Shown: piece by piece, positions 36,985 through 48,009 of the stretch | How positions within the stretch are numbered: position 1 is the first letter of the stretch | How the letters are laid out: every line of letters begins with the position of its first letter | Position numbers and translations under genes: made by a program | DNA from: a virus | Lineage: Duplodnaviria; Caudoviricetes | IMG/VR virus record: IMGVR_UViG_3300031277_000003 | Location: 1-55,534 of that record | Length of the DNA stretch: 55,534 nt | Strand: one strand, 5' to 3' | Notes under the pieces: model-generated | Databases searched by the model: none | What the model saw: the letters and a program-made list of their open reading frames with translations, nothing else | Told to the model about the DNA's origin: nothing

Positions 36985-38918
36985 CAGCTCATCGCCCCCG
37001 AGGTTTGTGTTGTTCCGTCGTCGGTCAGCGTTCTGGTTCCCAAAGTGCTGACCCCATCACTCTGATAAATCGTATGCACGCCAGTATCTTTATTGAAAGT
37101 TGCTTTCTGTATTGCAGAGTGAACTAAATATGCAAGTTTACCCGCAAGGGCGGCCCCGTCGGCTGGCTTTGCCGTTACCTCTGCAAAAGCGGAAAGAAAA
37201 ACAGTTTGCAGCGCGTCGGTATCCGCGAGAACCGCATCAACCACGGTATCAATTGTATCGAGTTTTCCCTCATTGGTATCGCCCTGGGAGGTCAATTCAT
37301 CGAGGATAAGATCGACACGCCCGCCGTTCGTGATATCGGTTTGCAGCTCGTTGGTATCGGCTACAATCGCCGCGAGTTGCGTGCTGTTGCTATCCATCTC
37401 CGCCCGGTTTTCCGCTGCGGTTGGAAGCGCGGCGTGCTCCGCCGGTAGAGTGGTTCCGGTATCTACGAGAATGGCGTCTGCCGTGGTATCGATAATATCT
37501 ATTTTCGCATCAATCGCCGACAGTGCGCCCGGGGTATCATCGGTCTGGAGTTCGTTGGTATCAGCGAGGATAGCATCGAGAATCAAATCAAGCCTCCCGC
37601 CGTCTGCCCAGTCTACTACTACCGTCGATCCGGTATTGAGAACGGCGAAATAACTATCCCCGTCCGGAATCGTCGCCCATGCCGGTGTAACCGTCGCTGT
37701 TTTAGTCGCGCCGTCATATCCTACACAAGTCCGGGCCTGTCCTGCTCCGGTCCCTAAAACTATGGCGATCAGTTGCCCTTTGTAAAAATCATTTACCGCT
37801 GAGGCCCCGGCATCAAGATCGATTGTCGTTACTCCTCCGGCATCGCCGCATTGAGCAACCCGCACAACAACGGTAGAATAAGTTGTCCCTACGGCAAGGC
37901 CCATCGTGCCCGCTCCGGTATGCCCTGATTGCGCCTCATCCCATACCGCATCTGCAATACCTTCCTCGGTAAGAGCCGATCCACCGGCGTTATCCGCTGT
38001 CTCTTTTACCACCGATCCGGCAACCGCAGATGCGTAATCCGTACCGCTGTCGGTATTAAATAGGTCGGCAAGCGCCGAAGCCTGAATCTCGTCAACACTC
38101 ACATCGGCCACCGCCGTATCGAGTTCCGCCTTTGTCGGGGGATCGTAAGCGGTAAGTGCGTCAGCGCACTCGCTTTGTACCTCAGCGTCCCAATTGGCGT
38201 TCCAGGGCACCGCTGTAAACTGGTCTCCTGTCCCTCCCGCTTCGGTAAGACCGGCACCTGCTGCCCCTATCTCTGCGGTATCAACCAAAATGTCATCGAC
38301 AATCCCGTCAACGGTATCAAGTTTCCCGTCATGAGTGGCTAATGCTGTTGCGGTCGCCGCGCTATCGGTCCCGCGCATATCGGAATTGGTCGTACAGGTA
38401 TCGGTAAGCACAACACCCGCAACTTTATGAGTCGTTGGATCATACCCGGTATCGGCAAAGTCTTTTAAATCGGTTGCGGATTGTGCGACTCCGCCGATCA
38501 TGGTCAGGTTTGCATCCACTTCACCAGTTGCCTGGATATCAAGGGTGCGTCCTGCTGTCGTCGGGCGCAAGGTGCAGCCGATTGAAAACCCGCCCACCCA
38601 GGCGTTAAGCGTTCCGCCGTCAACGGTCACACCTTCAATGCGGACAAGATACCTCGACCCTGCGGAATAAAAACCGGCGTCCGTATTGTCACTTAAATCA
38701 ATATGGATCATGTGGTTTCCAGTAATACTATCGAAATCAATATCAACGGTCATCCCGTTATCACTCGCCCGTTGCGTCGCACTTCCATCCTTGTGGATCT
38801 CAATATCCCCGGCGGCCAAATTTGTCATCGTGACCGATGCCGTCGGGTCGTCGGATGAAAAAGAATTTACCGGTATATGAACCGTTTCCGTAGTGTCAAA
38901 ATCGCCTGCATTATACAT
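36984..38918 (-). CDS. Large acidic A/D/T-rich virion fibre-like protein with internal repeats
   Basis: 644 aa; repeated ADTNELQTD, GGR(L/V)DLILD and LDT(V/I)D segments. Confidence 0.7.
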   Translation of the reverse strand: MYNAGDFDTTETVHIPVNSFSSDDPTASVTMTNLAAGDIEIHKDGSATQRASDNGMTVDIDFDSITGNHMIHIDLSDNTDAGFYSAGSRYLVRIEGVTVDGGTLNAWVGGFSIGCTLRPTTAGRTLDIQATGEVDANLTMIGGVAQSATDLKDFADTGYDPTTHKVAGVVLTDTCTTNSDMRGTDSAATATALATHDGKLDTVDGIVDDILVDTAEIGAAGAGLTEAGGTGDQFTAVPWNANWDAEVQSECADALTAYDPPTKAELDTAVADVSVDEIQASALADLFNTDSGTDYASAVAGSVVKETADNAGGSALTEEGIADAVWDEAQSGHTGAGTMGLAVGTTYSTVVVRVAQCGDAGGVTTIDLDAGASAVNDFYKGQLIAIVLGTGAGQARTCVGYDGATKTATVTPAWATIPDGDSYFAVLNTGSTVVVDWADGGRLDLILDAILADTNELQTDDTPGALSAIDAKIDIIDTTADAILVDTGTTLPAEHAALPTAAENRAEMDSNSTQLAAIVADTNELQTDITNGGRVDLILDELTSQGDTNEGKLDTIDTVVDAVLADTDALQTVFLSAFAEVTAKPADGAALAGKLAYLVHSAIQKATFNKDTGVHTIYQSDGVSTLGTRTLTDDGTTQTSGAMS

Positions 38919-40486
38919 TATATTCCTCTTCCTCCTAATGATCCGGATAACGCTTTACCGTACAATCCACCAAAACGAACCGCACCCGAGGGCGGTGCTC
39001 CTCCGGTATCTATCCAATCCGCACCTATAAAAAATTCTGCGCTTGTTCTTGTATCTCCGTTTATATCGTCGGTAAATGTTCCGGTTAAATCCTCCCCGGC
39101 CTTAAGAGTATCAATTGCATCTCCTCCGGAAGCAATACGGTAATCATTGGCATCATAATTGATAAAATTACTTGTTCCGTCGTGAAAATTGCCTATCAAT
39201 GCATCCGGGCTATCATCTTCTCCATAATTTTTAGCTGTTGTCCCGAAGCCGCCACCGTCGTCAGCATAATCGGCCCCACCGGTATTTCCCTGAGCGAGAT
39301 TGTTTTTAAACGTATATGTACCGAGGCTGTACACGTCATCCTGATAAAAATTATTATAATTTTTAATGCAGGTATTATTACAACAATAAACGGTTTGCCC
39401 ACTTCTAAATCGTGAGAAATGTATTCCTGCGTCTGTACCTCCATCACCGACGCCATATACTATGTTGTTTGTTAACTTAACATTATTATAATAATAATAA
39501 ACTTCGATCCCAAAAACTGAATTACTGTCTCCAGCAATTAACATTCTATTTATTTTTATTTCACCGCCAGCTCCAGATTCATCTATCTGTATCCCTTTAT
39601 TGCCGCCTCCAGCTATATTTAAGGCTATTTTTTCAACGATAACATCAGTAAGATTTGCTCCTGAAGCACCGTCGTCCAAATTGGCAAAACAATCGTTTGT
39701 ACCAAATGCTACTCTGGCTCCATTGCCATAGGCTCCACCATTATGTTCTGCCCCTGTTTTTGCAACTAAATGAAGCGTATTTCCATTACAGTCTACATCG
39801 TATGTAATGTATCCGGTAATTGCAGTTTCCTCATCCAATCCCAATCCGTATAAATCACCTGTCAATTGAGCTGCAAAATCAGCCTCAAATGCAGTCCATG
39901 TAGCATAAGCGGCGGCAGCGCCTATTTCATACGACCCGCTTGCAATAGATGCATGTTTCTGGTCGTTCTCCGTTGATTTCCTATGGAATTCATCTTCATG
40001 TTTTAAAAGGTGAGTAAATGATCCATCAGAAATAATTATCGGCCCACTCTTTCTTGAAAAATCATATATCTGCTCGTATTCTCCGAGAGTTATATAATGT
40101 TTTTCAAGCAATTCAAGTATGTCAATAAAATAATCACGCCGCCTTGCTGGTTTTACATAACCATTCTTTACTTTGTAATCCCACGGGTAATTTCCATAGT
40201 TGTCTGTTGCTACTGTATATTTCCTGAAATCATTTATTACAGGAGTAGACAATTTGAAATTTGTTTCAGTTCTTCCATAATAAGGCACATTTGGGAATTG
40301 TAATAAAAGAGTAGAATAGCCAACACGCCAACCACTATTTAATCCAATAGGGCTTATATCAATTATCATACCATCACGCCATGATGTATAATGACGTGGG
40401 TCATTCAAATCGGGAAAACGGGAACCGAGTTTTACTAGTATCTCGGTTCCGCTGTAATCAAGGTTTCTGCCGAAAAACTTTCTCAA
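38918..40486 (-). CDS. Virion protein with beta-helix-like C-terminal domain
   Basis: NNIVYG/NNTC/NNLAQ repeats and DDINGDTR...IGADW tail. Confidence 0.65.
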   Translation of the reverse strand: MRKFFGRNLDYSGTEILVKLGSRFPDLNDPRHYTSWRDGMIIDISPIGLNSGWRVGYSTLLLQFPNVPYYGRTETNFKLSTPVINDFRKYTVATDNYGNYPWDYKVKNGYVKPARRRDYFIDILELLEKHYITLGEYEQIYDFSRKSGPIIISDGSFTHLLKHEDEFHRKSTENDQKHASIASGSYEIGAAAAYATWTAFEADFAAQLTGDLYGLGLDEETAITGYITYDVDCNGNTLHLVAKTGAEHNGGAYGNGARVAFGTNDCFANLDDGASGANLTDVIVEKIALNIAGGGNKGIQIDESGAGGEIKINRMLIAGDSNSVFGIEVYYYYNNVKLTNNIVYGVGDGGTDAGIHFSRFRSGQTVYCCNNTCIKNYNNFYQDDVYSLGTYTFKNNLAQGNTGGADYADDGGGFGTTAKNYGEDDSPDALIGNFHDGTSNFINYDANDYRIASGGDAIDTLKAGEDLTGTFTDDINGDTRTSAEFFIGADWIDTGGAPPSGAVRFGGLYGKALSGSLGGRGI

Positions 40487-40932
40487 AAAGCCTCCGGATT
40501 TGTTATCTCAACGCTTTGCAATCCACTGTCAACATATATGAGATACCATTTAATTTCAATATGATCGGTAACGTAAACCATTGCCCGAACAATGGCAAAC
40601 TGCTGCACGGTATCAATGTTCCGTATCCAGTAGCTTTTCATATCGGGAATGGCTTCGATTTTTGTTATCAAAGCATTATACCCAGATAGATTTTCCTTGA
40701 ATGCCGGAACGTAGCTTGTCAGCACTTCCTCCGATCCTCCGCCCTCGTCGTAAACAACGAAACGGTGTTTTACCGATATCCCGTTTCCATTGTCACGTTC
40801 CAGAACATTGACATCGTATACCGTGTATTTGATTTCAGGAGTTGATTCTCCAGCTACCTCGACAGGTGTGCCGACTTCGGATATATAGCTTAACCCGGCA
40901 AGAGCAGTGATGTATTCTGATTTCGTTGCCAT
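40483..40932 (-). CDS. Hypothetical virion protein
   Basis: AAGGA RBS; structural operon. Confidence 0.65.
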   Translation of the reverse strand: MATKSEYITALAGLSYISEVGTPVEVAGESTPEIKYTVYDVNVLERDNGNGISVKHRFVVYDEGGGSEEVLTSYVPAFKENLSGYNALITKIEAIPDMKSYWIRNIDTVQQFAIVRAMVYVTDHIEIKWYLIYVDSGLQSVEITNPEAF

Positions 40933-40966
40933 TTAGTATCCTTTCATTTTTGATCTCATTTTAATT

Positions 40967-41563
40967 TTATATGAAACTATCGTGCAATATTTCATTGTAT
41001 AATAAATTCATAACAGTATTGTTATTCCTGTAATCTTGCCCGCTTAATACTTGGCTTTCCCTATTTGCATATAAATTGCCGCATATTAATTTAATTGCAG
41101 ATTTAATCGTACTCGGTATAGCCGCTATAGTCGTCCATCCACATACAAATTGTATGACTATTGGATTTGAAGTATAGGCAGTAAATGAAGGCCAGGCGAC
41201 CGAATAAGGTAATACTATTCGCCCGCATTGGCTCCCATTTGTTTCAACGATATAATCATTGCTAACTGTCATCGTTGTTTGTGTTCCGTCGCTATCGGTA
41301 TATTTCACATGGGTAATACTTTGCAAATTACCGAATGGTATTTTTATGTATCTTTCGGTTGGGAAAGCGTCGATATAGTAATTCCAGGTTTGGATAAATA
41401 GTTTTCTCGATGTAATACTTTCTACATGTTCTCTTCCCGTTCGGATAATATTTACTAAGTCTTCGTTTATGCTATAATCGTCAGCGTCAATTCTTAAATG
41501 TGTTTTTAATTCACTAACGGCTATAGGTTCAGACGTAGGGGCCGTATTTATAACGAGTTGCAT
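40967..41563 (-). CDS. Head-tail connector (HK97 gp6-like)
   Basis: PTSEPI...KTHLRID...IKSAIKLICGNLYANRE. Confidence 0.9.
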   Translation of the reverse strand: MQLVINTAPTSEPIAVSELKTHLRIDADDYSINEDLVNIIRTGREHVESITSRKLFIQTWNYYIDAFPTERYIKIPFGNLQSITHVKYTDSDGTQTTMTVSNDYIVETNGSQCGRIVLPYSVAWPSFTAYTSNPIVIQFVCGWTTIAAIPSTIKSAIKLICGNLYANRESQVLSGQDYRNNNTVMNLLYNEILHDSFI

Positions 41564-41913
41564 TACTCTATATACCCCTGAACGATAACTGTAACATTTC
41601 CAGCCCCAGACGCATCAGCCGTCAATGCGGTTGCAGCAGTTACCTTTATCGGGCGTGTAAATACCAACTCTAATGAAGAATTAGCCGCTCCGTAGAGCGG
41701 CCCGATCAATACCGTATCGACGCCATCTGACGATTCCCCCTCGCCAATAGTAACTGTTATTGCGGCACCAAAAGATACCGCAATGCGCTCAATATATATT
41801 GATTGTCCCGCAACGGCAGCGACTAGCGTCTCACAACCTGATAAATCGGCACTATTGCCATTAGCTACAAACCCACGCTCTGCAACGTTGTTAGTTACAA
41901 GTGTTATAGCCAT
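41563..41913 (-). CDS. Head-associated structural protein
   Basis: Beta-rich 116 aa protein; position. Confidence 0.6.
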   Translation of the reverse strand: MAITLVTNNVAERGFVANGNSADLSGCETLVAAVAGQSIYIERIAVSFGAAITVTIGEGESSDGVDTVLIGPLYGAANSSLELVFTRPIKVTAATALTADASGAGNVTVIVQGYIE

Positions 41914-42656
41914 TATGACCTACTTTGAAAGACTTTGACGTAATCAATATAAATCGTACCGATACCGGTATTATTTGACGATACAGCCTTGCTTACATTA
42001 ATATATGGCTGTACCTTTGCTTCTGATGCACTTAACGTGGTAGACATATCAGACGTACCAACGAGAGTTTCATCAACATAAAACTTTACCGCTGCTGTAT
42101 TGGTACAATCAATCCGGTAAATATTATATGTATCTGCAACCAGTATAGTACTTGCGCTGTTGTCATTGTCGTCGGTATCGCCATTGTCTGTTTCCCACAG
42201 GAGTGCTGTCTGAGCCGCACTTTCGACTTTGAACCATACGTTTGTGGCAATGTTATCTAAAACAGCATTATGTGCGCTTGCAAGTCCGATAACAGCCTGG
42301 ACATCTTCGGTTCCCGTTGTCGGCAACACATGAAAAGTCAGCCTTGCTTCGAAGATAAGCCCCTGCGCCATACTCAGACAAAGATTATCTCCAAAATGTA
42401 ACGCGGCAATCTCTGCATTATCGTCAGAATCAAGGGTCAATTGCAAGACACCATTTATTTCACTGGCAACCAGTGCAATGGCTGTATTGAGATTTGTCTC
42501 GGTCGTTCCCCAGAAGGTTGTATTATACGCCTCTCCGAGAAAGTCATCATTGACAACAACCGGATACATCGGGAGCAGTGTTTCGCCGTTTGACCCATCG
42601 TAGAAAACCTGGCGACCGTGCGCGAACTTCGAATAATTACATTTTACGATACTCAC
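41913..42656 (-). CDS. Head-associated protein (lectin/concanavalin-like)
   Basis: DDFLG...FEARL...VKFYVD...YIDYV pattern. Confidence 0.65.
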   Translation of the reverse strand: MSIVKCNYSKFAHGRQVFYDGSNGETLLPMYPVVVNDDFLGEAYNTTFWGTTETNLNTAIALVASEINGVLQLTLDSDDNAEIAALHFGDNLCLSMAQGLIFEARLTFHVLPTTGTEDVQAVIGLASAHNAVLDNIATNVWFKVESAAQTALLWETDNGDTDDNDNSASTILVADTYNIYRIDCTNTAAVKFYVDETLVGTSDMSTTLSASEAKVQPYINVSKAVSSNNTGIGTIYIDYVKVFQSRS

Positions 42657-42883
42657 AATAAACCCCTTTCACTCATATAGAGCACTGACGTTTTAGTCAG
42701 CGAAATTAGTTTTTTCCTTTTTCGGTTTTACCGGATCTGATTTTTTTGCTTTTCCTGCCTCTTCACATATGACTTGACGAGCAATTTCTTTTATTTGCTC
42801 TATCTCATCAGATTTAAATTTTCGTGCCATTTTTTATCCTTTGTTATGGCGACAGGAATTACCCTGCCGCCTTCATTAAAATG

Positions 42884-43384
42884 TTAGGTTAGTTGGGTTG
42901 CCGTAAGCTCCTGGTACCGCAGATTGATCAGTTTTGCCGTAATTGAGCCATCGACCGCATCACTTTGCGTCTCGGTGGCTTTCAGACGAACGTAACTGTT
43001 GCCATACGTGCTATTAACCGCTGCAGCGGCAACGGTAGCGGCATCCACCTCGATAAGAACAATGCGATTAGCCGTCCCAACCGAAAGCCCTGTCGATGCA
43101 CATGCCGTAACCGCACCCTGCGTGTCTCCGGAGCTCACGACCTTATACCTGAATGCAATAGCCGTCGTATTGCTCGGAGTGGCGTTGTCGCATGCTTCGA
43201 TTGTTATCGTCGCTGCACCTGAACCTGCATTGGCATTTGTGAGAACTTCGAAAACAACACCGTCAGCATTTTTCAGATTGATAACATCTGTTGCCGGATC
43301 TCCGCTGAAAATATCTTCATTGGCCGCAACGAAAGACGAATTCCCGCAATGTACGGGGTGAATCGATTCAAGAATTGACTTCAT
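42884..43384 (-). CDS. Capsid decoration-like protein
   Basis: Follows the major capsid gene; beta-sandwich pattern with YVRL. Confidence 0.6.
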   Translation of the reverse strand: MKSILESIHPVHCGNSSFVAANEDIFSGDPATDVINLKNADGVVFEVLTNANAGSGAATITIEACDNATPSNTTAIAFRYKVVSSGDTQGAVTACASTGLSVGTANRIVLIEVDAATVAAAAVNSTYGNSYVRLKATETQSDAVDGSITAKLINLRYQELTATQLT

Positions 43385-43436
43385 TTTTCTTCTCCTTTTT
43401 TAGTTATTTGGCCCTGTTTCCAGGGCCATTGATTAA

Positions 43437-44744
43437 TTATTCCCGTGTATCCAGAACGATGAAATGCGACTGCGTATTGCTGCCTTTGTACGGGGTAAGC
43501 GCAGAAGCACGCCAAGGCTGTCCATCCATACGGAGGACAAACCGAAGAACGCTTTCATCATAAACGAACCGAACATGGATACTCATATCCTGTTTCAGCC
43601 CGCCCTTCTCCGCCATCAGATAACCGTCTCGAAAGTTGGCAAGGATAATATCACCCTGCGTTCCAAGGGTCGCACATTGCTCGATTGCATAGGCCGGAAG
43701 CCCCATGATACGACCGTAAGGGCTGACACTGAGGCCACCCGGAGGCATGTAAATGGGCGTTCCACCGGTACCGACAGCCGTGCTCATCAAGAACAACTGA
43801 GGCTCGATATCCTGATTGTAGTACCAAGCGTAGTTGGCAGTCTGCGCGGCGAACCGACGTGCGTACATATTCACGATATTTTCCGCCACTATTGTCGCTG
43901 CCGCCTGGCCGGTTTCTGCACCAACCGAGACAAGGCAGCCAGCGTTCATAATACCAAGTGCCATCCCGGCTCCAGAGCCATTGATGATATCATCCTGAAC
44001 CTGGAAATTGAAGGCAGACTGGAAGGCCGAACTCACGCGGGTTTCCATTGCCGGGGCATCCATCATCAGCTCATCGGTAAGATAACAAAGGCCTATAAGC
44101 TTTTTGAGTGAAAGCTCGACTTTGCGGAACTTCGGTTTGCTTGCAGTCTTTTCCCCGGCCTCTTCGTCATGATAAACGACAATCCCGCCGGCGGTGCTCG
44201 AAGCTCTCGATGTTTCATCGAATCCGTTCACCTTGATGCTATTTGAGTTGCCGGAAATAGGCAGCTTTTCGCACTGCCCGGCAATAAGGCCGTTACCGAA
44301 CAGGTCTTCGTAAAGTTTCGTAGTGAAATCTGACTGGACCAGAAATCCGCCCTCGGAGCCGACTGTCTCATTGAGTCCGGATGCGGCGTTATGAAGCCTC
44401 GGGTCAACATGACCGTTGGGTTTCCCGGCGTTGATAATCGCTCCAAGTTGTTCGCCAAGGCTATTGAATTTGTCGCGGTTTTTGTCGTTTTTGACTTCAA
44501 TTCTGGAGTCTTTCGGAACCGTCAGGGCATCACCGGGCTTTTCGAGTGCATCGGCAATGCGAAGTTCACGCTCACGGACCTTGATTTCGTCCTGTATCTC
44601 TTCGACCTTATCAAGCAATTCGGTTTTGAGATTTTTTTCAGCTTCTAAAAGACCGCGATTTTCCAACGTTGCCTTTGCATCGATATCGGCCGACGCTTTC
44701 ATCAACTGTTTCAACTCATCTTTGAGCTGGGTAATGGTTTTCAT
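43437..44744 (-). CDS. Major capsid protein (HK97 fold)
   Basis: Coiled-coil delta domain, EGGFLVQ, and IINGSGAGMALGI motifs. Confidence 0.95.
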   Translation of the reverse strand: MKTITQLKDELKQLMKASADIDAKATLENRGLLEAEKNLKTELLDKVEEIQDEIKVRERELRIADALEKPGDALTVPKDSRIEVKNDKNRDKFNSLGEQLGAIINAGKPNGHVDPRLHNAASGLNETVGSEGGFLVQSDFTTKLYEDLFGNGLIAGQCEKLPISGNSNSIKVNGFDETSRASSTAGGIVVYHDEEAGEKTASKPKFRKVELSLKKLIGLCYLTDELMMDAPAMETRVSSAFQSAFNFQVQDDIINGSGAGMALGIMNAGCLVSVGAETGQAAATIVAENIVNMYARRFAAQTANYAWYYNQDIEPQLFLMSTAVGTGGTPIYMPPGGLSVSPYGRIMGLPAYAIEQCATLGTQGDIILANFRDGYLMAEKGGLKQDMSIHVRFVYDESVLRFVLRMDGQPWRASALTPYKGSNTQSHFIVLDTRE

Positions 44745-45733
44745 ACTGCTTTCTCCTTTTGAGTTATTGATTTTGTTTTTTCCAACAATTCGACAACCGG
44801 GTCAACCAATTTTTTGGCCTCTTCAATATGGTCAACCGTGTCGCCCTCTTCACCTTGTGGCTTTTCACCAGCATCTCGCTGATCGGCACCGGTATCTTTT
44901 TGTGCATCTCGCACATCGGGATTATCGGGTTCGCTCCGGGCATCTCGCTCGTTACGAAAAACCTTTGCCACTATATCCTTGGCCTGATTCCGGGAATACC
45001 CTACATCTCGCAGGTTTTTCTCCAAATCACGCTCGTTAAGATCCTTTTTGTTATCGGTAGTTGCTTTATTTCGTATTTTCAGCCTGTCGGGTACGTTGTT
45101 ATATACCGATAGATCGTATTTTCCTTCAACAGGTTCACCGTCATACACTCGATCAACAAGGCCGATATCCAAAGCTTCTTGTGCGGTAAACCACGTTTCT
45201 TTATCCATATAATCAAGAAACTCGGAAGCTTCTTTACCGGTCTTTTTAGCGTAATCGTTCGCTATAGATTGATTTATTTTTTCATGAAGCGATATTTCTT
45301 TGTTTATACTTTCAACAAGTTCCTGCATTGACTTTATATTGAAATATCCCAACACGTCAAGAATACTTAATGCGTTATGTATCATTAAAAACCCGCCATC
45401 AACAATTTCGATTTCATCGGCGCCCATAACAAGAAACGATGCGGCAGAAGCAGCAAGGCCATCGATATGTGCGATCACCTTTGACTTATGCTGCATTATA
45501 GCGGTTTTCATCGCCCGCGCCGTGAAAATATCACCACCCCCGGAATCGACACGAAGATGGATAGTTTTAGCCTTTATCTCATTAAATTCTTTAATGAAAT
45601 CCGTTTGGTCAATTCCAAACCAGCCGCCTATATCACCGTAAAGGTAAATCGTAGCCTCATCGTCTTTGTTCTGAATATCTATCTTGTTTTCCATCCGGCG
45701 TGATGCCATTTTCCGCATTGTAATCATTTGCAA
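44741..45733 (-). CDS. ClpP-type prohead protease
   Basis: DSGGGD, DGLAASAAS (Ser), MIHN (His) and ETWF motifs. Confidence 0.92.
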   Translation of the reverse strand: MQMITMRKMASRRMENKIDIQNKDDEATIYLYGDIGGWFGIDQTDFIKEFNEIKAKTIHLRVDSGGGDIFTARAMKTAIMQHKSKVIAHIDGLAASAASFLVMGADEIEIVDGGFLMIHNALSILDVLGYFNIKSMQELVESINKEISLHEKINQSIANDYAKKTGKEASEFLDYMDKETWFTAQEALDIGLVDRVYDGEPVEGKYDLSVYNNVPDRLKIRNKATTDNKKDLNERDLEKNLRDVGYSRNQAKDIVAKVFRNERDARSEPDNPDVRDAQKDTGADQRDAGEKPQGEEGDTVDHIEEAKKLVDPVVELLEKTKSITQKEKAV

Positions 45734-45742
45734 AATCCTTTT

Positions 45743-47065
45743 TTAAGTTGCAAAAAGTTTCATTTTTTTAACAAATGTATTGTCAGGTTCACCCTCATCA
45801 GGATTGTTTTCATCCGGTTTAGGAGCTGAACCGTTTTGGTTTTTGCTCAAATATTCAGAGAACTTACTCAACGGTATATTGCCGGTAGGCGCCCAAAGTT
45901 CATCGGCAAGAGGATCATCACTTGGGTTCATATCCTCTTTTTCTCGGGCTTCGTTCGGCGTCATTATGGTACTGCCGATCATTAATTTGTAAAATTCCGC
46001 CCGTTCTTTTGAATTTGCCCGTAAAAGTCCCTCTAAAACGTGCTTGAAATACATCCCGGCTTCATATTGGCGTTTGCTTAATAGTTGCACATCGTATATC
46101 TGCTCAAGATGTATCGCCCACGGCAGAATCGTATCGATCACATACGAAGCGTTTTCCGCTTCGATATTATTGAACGATGATTTTGTCATGTCTTTTAGTT
46201 TATGCGGAGGGATGTTAAACCATCGGGCAATATCCGTGATATGGTGCTGTTTTGATTCCAAAAACTGCGAATCTTCAGGAGAAAAACCGATTTTTTCTAT
46301 CTTCATTGCCTCTTCGAGAAGCATTAATTTATGGGAATTGCCTAACCCGCTGTAAGTTTCGGTCAATGCACGCCTCATGTTATCATGTGCTTGTGCCGAC
46401 ATTGCCGGGCCAGGGTGCGACACTATTACCCCGGGGTGCGTTCCTTTTCCAAAGAAATTGGATGAGAACGTTTCCATTGCCATACCCCACCCGATATTTT
46501 TCCGAGCCATGGTAATGGGGGAATATCCGACAAGTCCGTCAAAGCCAAACCCGGCAATATGGAGTACTTTGTCACGTTTTAGGGTAATTTCGTCACTATC
46601 AACCCTGACATTATAAACAAGTTCCTTGTTTTCAAGCTTCGGAGTGACCCGGTTCGGCGTGATCGGCCATAGCTCAACGATGTCCCCGGTTCCATTCGTA
46701 ACCTTTTCAGCATACCCGTTGCCCCAAGTAAGGACATGGGACATAATGCATTCACGGCCTATTTTCGCCGTCATGAACGGGTTAAATTGAGTATGCATCA
46801 CCCGGTAAAGGCTATTTTCAGTCGCGTATCGCGTTTTTCTGCCCTTATGTTGCCGTAAATGGAGCGGGAGACTGCCGCAAGTCGATGAAATCTGGTAAAC
46901 AGCGTTCCAAACGGCGCTGTATGTCAGCGCATTGTACTCATTTACGTTTTCGCCGGAAGGGGTTTGAGATCCGTAGACGTTCCAAAATGCTGAACTCCAT
47001 GCCTTCGGATCATTCAAGGCAAGATCGTTTTTGAAGAACTTTTTAAGATTTCCGAAAAATCCCAT
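45743..47065 (-). CDS. Portal protein (HK97 family)
   Basis: WGNGYA, LHI...DGLVGYSPI, DSQFLE, SFNNIE and TPNEAR motifs. Confidence 0.95.
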   Translation of the reverse strand: MGFFGNLKKFFKNDLALNDPKAWSSAFWNVYGSQTPSGENVNEYNALTYSAVWNAVYQISSTCGSLPLHLRQHKGRKTRYATENSLYRVMHTQFNPFMTAKIGRECIMSHVLTWGNGYAEKVTNGTGDIVELWPITPNRVTPKLENKELVYNVRVDSDEITLKRDKVLHIAGFGFDGLVGYSPITMARKNIGWGMAMETFSSNFFGKGTHPGVIVSHPGPAMSAQAHDNMRRALTETYSGLGNSHKLMLLEEAMKIEKIGFSPEDSQFLESKQHHITDIARWFNIPPHKLKDMTKSSFNNIEAENASYVIDTILPWAIHLEQIYDVQLLSKRQYEAGMYFKHVLEGLLRANSKERAEFYKLMIGSTIMTPNEAREKEDMNPSDDPLADELWAPTGNIPLSKFSEYLSKNQNGSAPKPDENNPDEGEPDNTFVKKMKLFAT

Positions 47066-47207
47066 TAAGTACGCTCAATGGTTAAATTTGACCTTAAGCG
47101 GTCAATTCAACCTTAAACATACTTAAAAGTGTATAGAAATACGATGTTTTTTATACAGAAGTGTATAAAAACTGTGAAATATTAGGAAAATTTAGGAAAT
47201 TGATAGC

Positions 47208-47747
47208 TTATTGAGTAGCAAACGACCATGGAATTACCGGTAGAATACAGAGCAAAAATGGAATCGGCATAGCTTCACGTTTTATAATTGCACACGATAC
47301 CATGCCTGCAACACCGATGCCACCGATCGCAATTTGAACAATTCCGAGCCGTTTTCGCCCTGATTTAATCTGACAATATCCGGGTATCAACCCAAAAGCT
47401 GATTTTTTCTGCTGTTTAAACTCCGATGGGATATTGGTTGTGCGCCTCATCCCTGTGTTATCCAAATCGGCAATAATCATTTTATCGGTATACCCAGCAT
47501 GGCGATATTTGAACCAGCGTTCGCGTGAAATACCTATACTATCCCACGGGCATGAGTAATATTCGGTAATCCCGATTCCATTACCTATCAACAACCTGAT
47601 CGAATCTTCAGGCATACCATTTTTTTGAGCAATGGCATACTCCTTTGATGTAATCCCGAGCTTTTCCCACGGTTTAATGCTTTGTGTAAAATAATCTTGA
47701 GAGAAACAACAGGAAATCATAGCGAAAAGGATCAAGACTGACTTCAT
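47208..47747 (-). CDS. Exported or membrane protein
   Basis: Signal peptide, repeated PW.. LGI/IGI motifs and C-terminal TM helices. Confidence 0.7.
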   Translation of the reverse strand: MKSVLILFAMISCCFSQDYFTQSIKPWEKLGITSKEYAIAQKNGMPEDSIRLLIGNGIGITEYYSCPWDSIGISRERWFKYRHAGYTDKMIIADLDNTGMRRTTNIPSEFKQQKKSAFGLIPGYCQIKSGRKRLGIVQIAIGGIGVAGMVSCAIIKREAMPIPFLLCILPVIPWSFATQ

Positions 47748-47920
47748 TTTTTACCTTTCAATATCTCCTCGATTTTCTTCTCGTACTTCTCCGGGATATC
47801 AACGAAATCATTCAACCACTGGTTAAGGTATGCGTAAGATACTCCGATCATTCTGGAAAGGTCTTTCCTACTGATACCGGATTCTTCAATTCTTTTTTTC
47901 AGTTTTTTCATTTTACACAT
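47744..47920 (-). CDS. XRE/Cro-like HTH protein, 58 aa (not in ORF track)
   Basis: AAGGA RBS; IEESGISRKDLSRMIGVSYAYLNQWLN. Confidence 0.8.
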   Translation of the reverse strand: MCKMKKLKKRIEESGISRKDLSRMIGVSYAYLNQWLNDFVDIPEKYEKKIEEILKGKK

Positions 47921-47951
47921 TGTAAGTCCTTTTTTATAAAAATAATAGCTT

Positions 47952-48009
47952 GTCCTGTCTTGTCTCGTCTCGTCCAGTTCTGTCTAGTCATGTCATGTCT
48001 AGTCACGTT
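47952..48009 (-). repeat. Pentamer array 4 (GAC-NN x ~12)
   Basis: GTC (occasionally GTT) every 5 nt on the + strand. Confidence 0.9.

Noticed and set aside
43464-46616. Plus-strand ORFs opposite the capsid, protease and portal genes
   Set aside because: They are antisense shadows of well-supported minus-strand genes.
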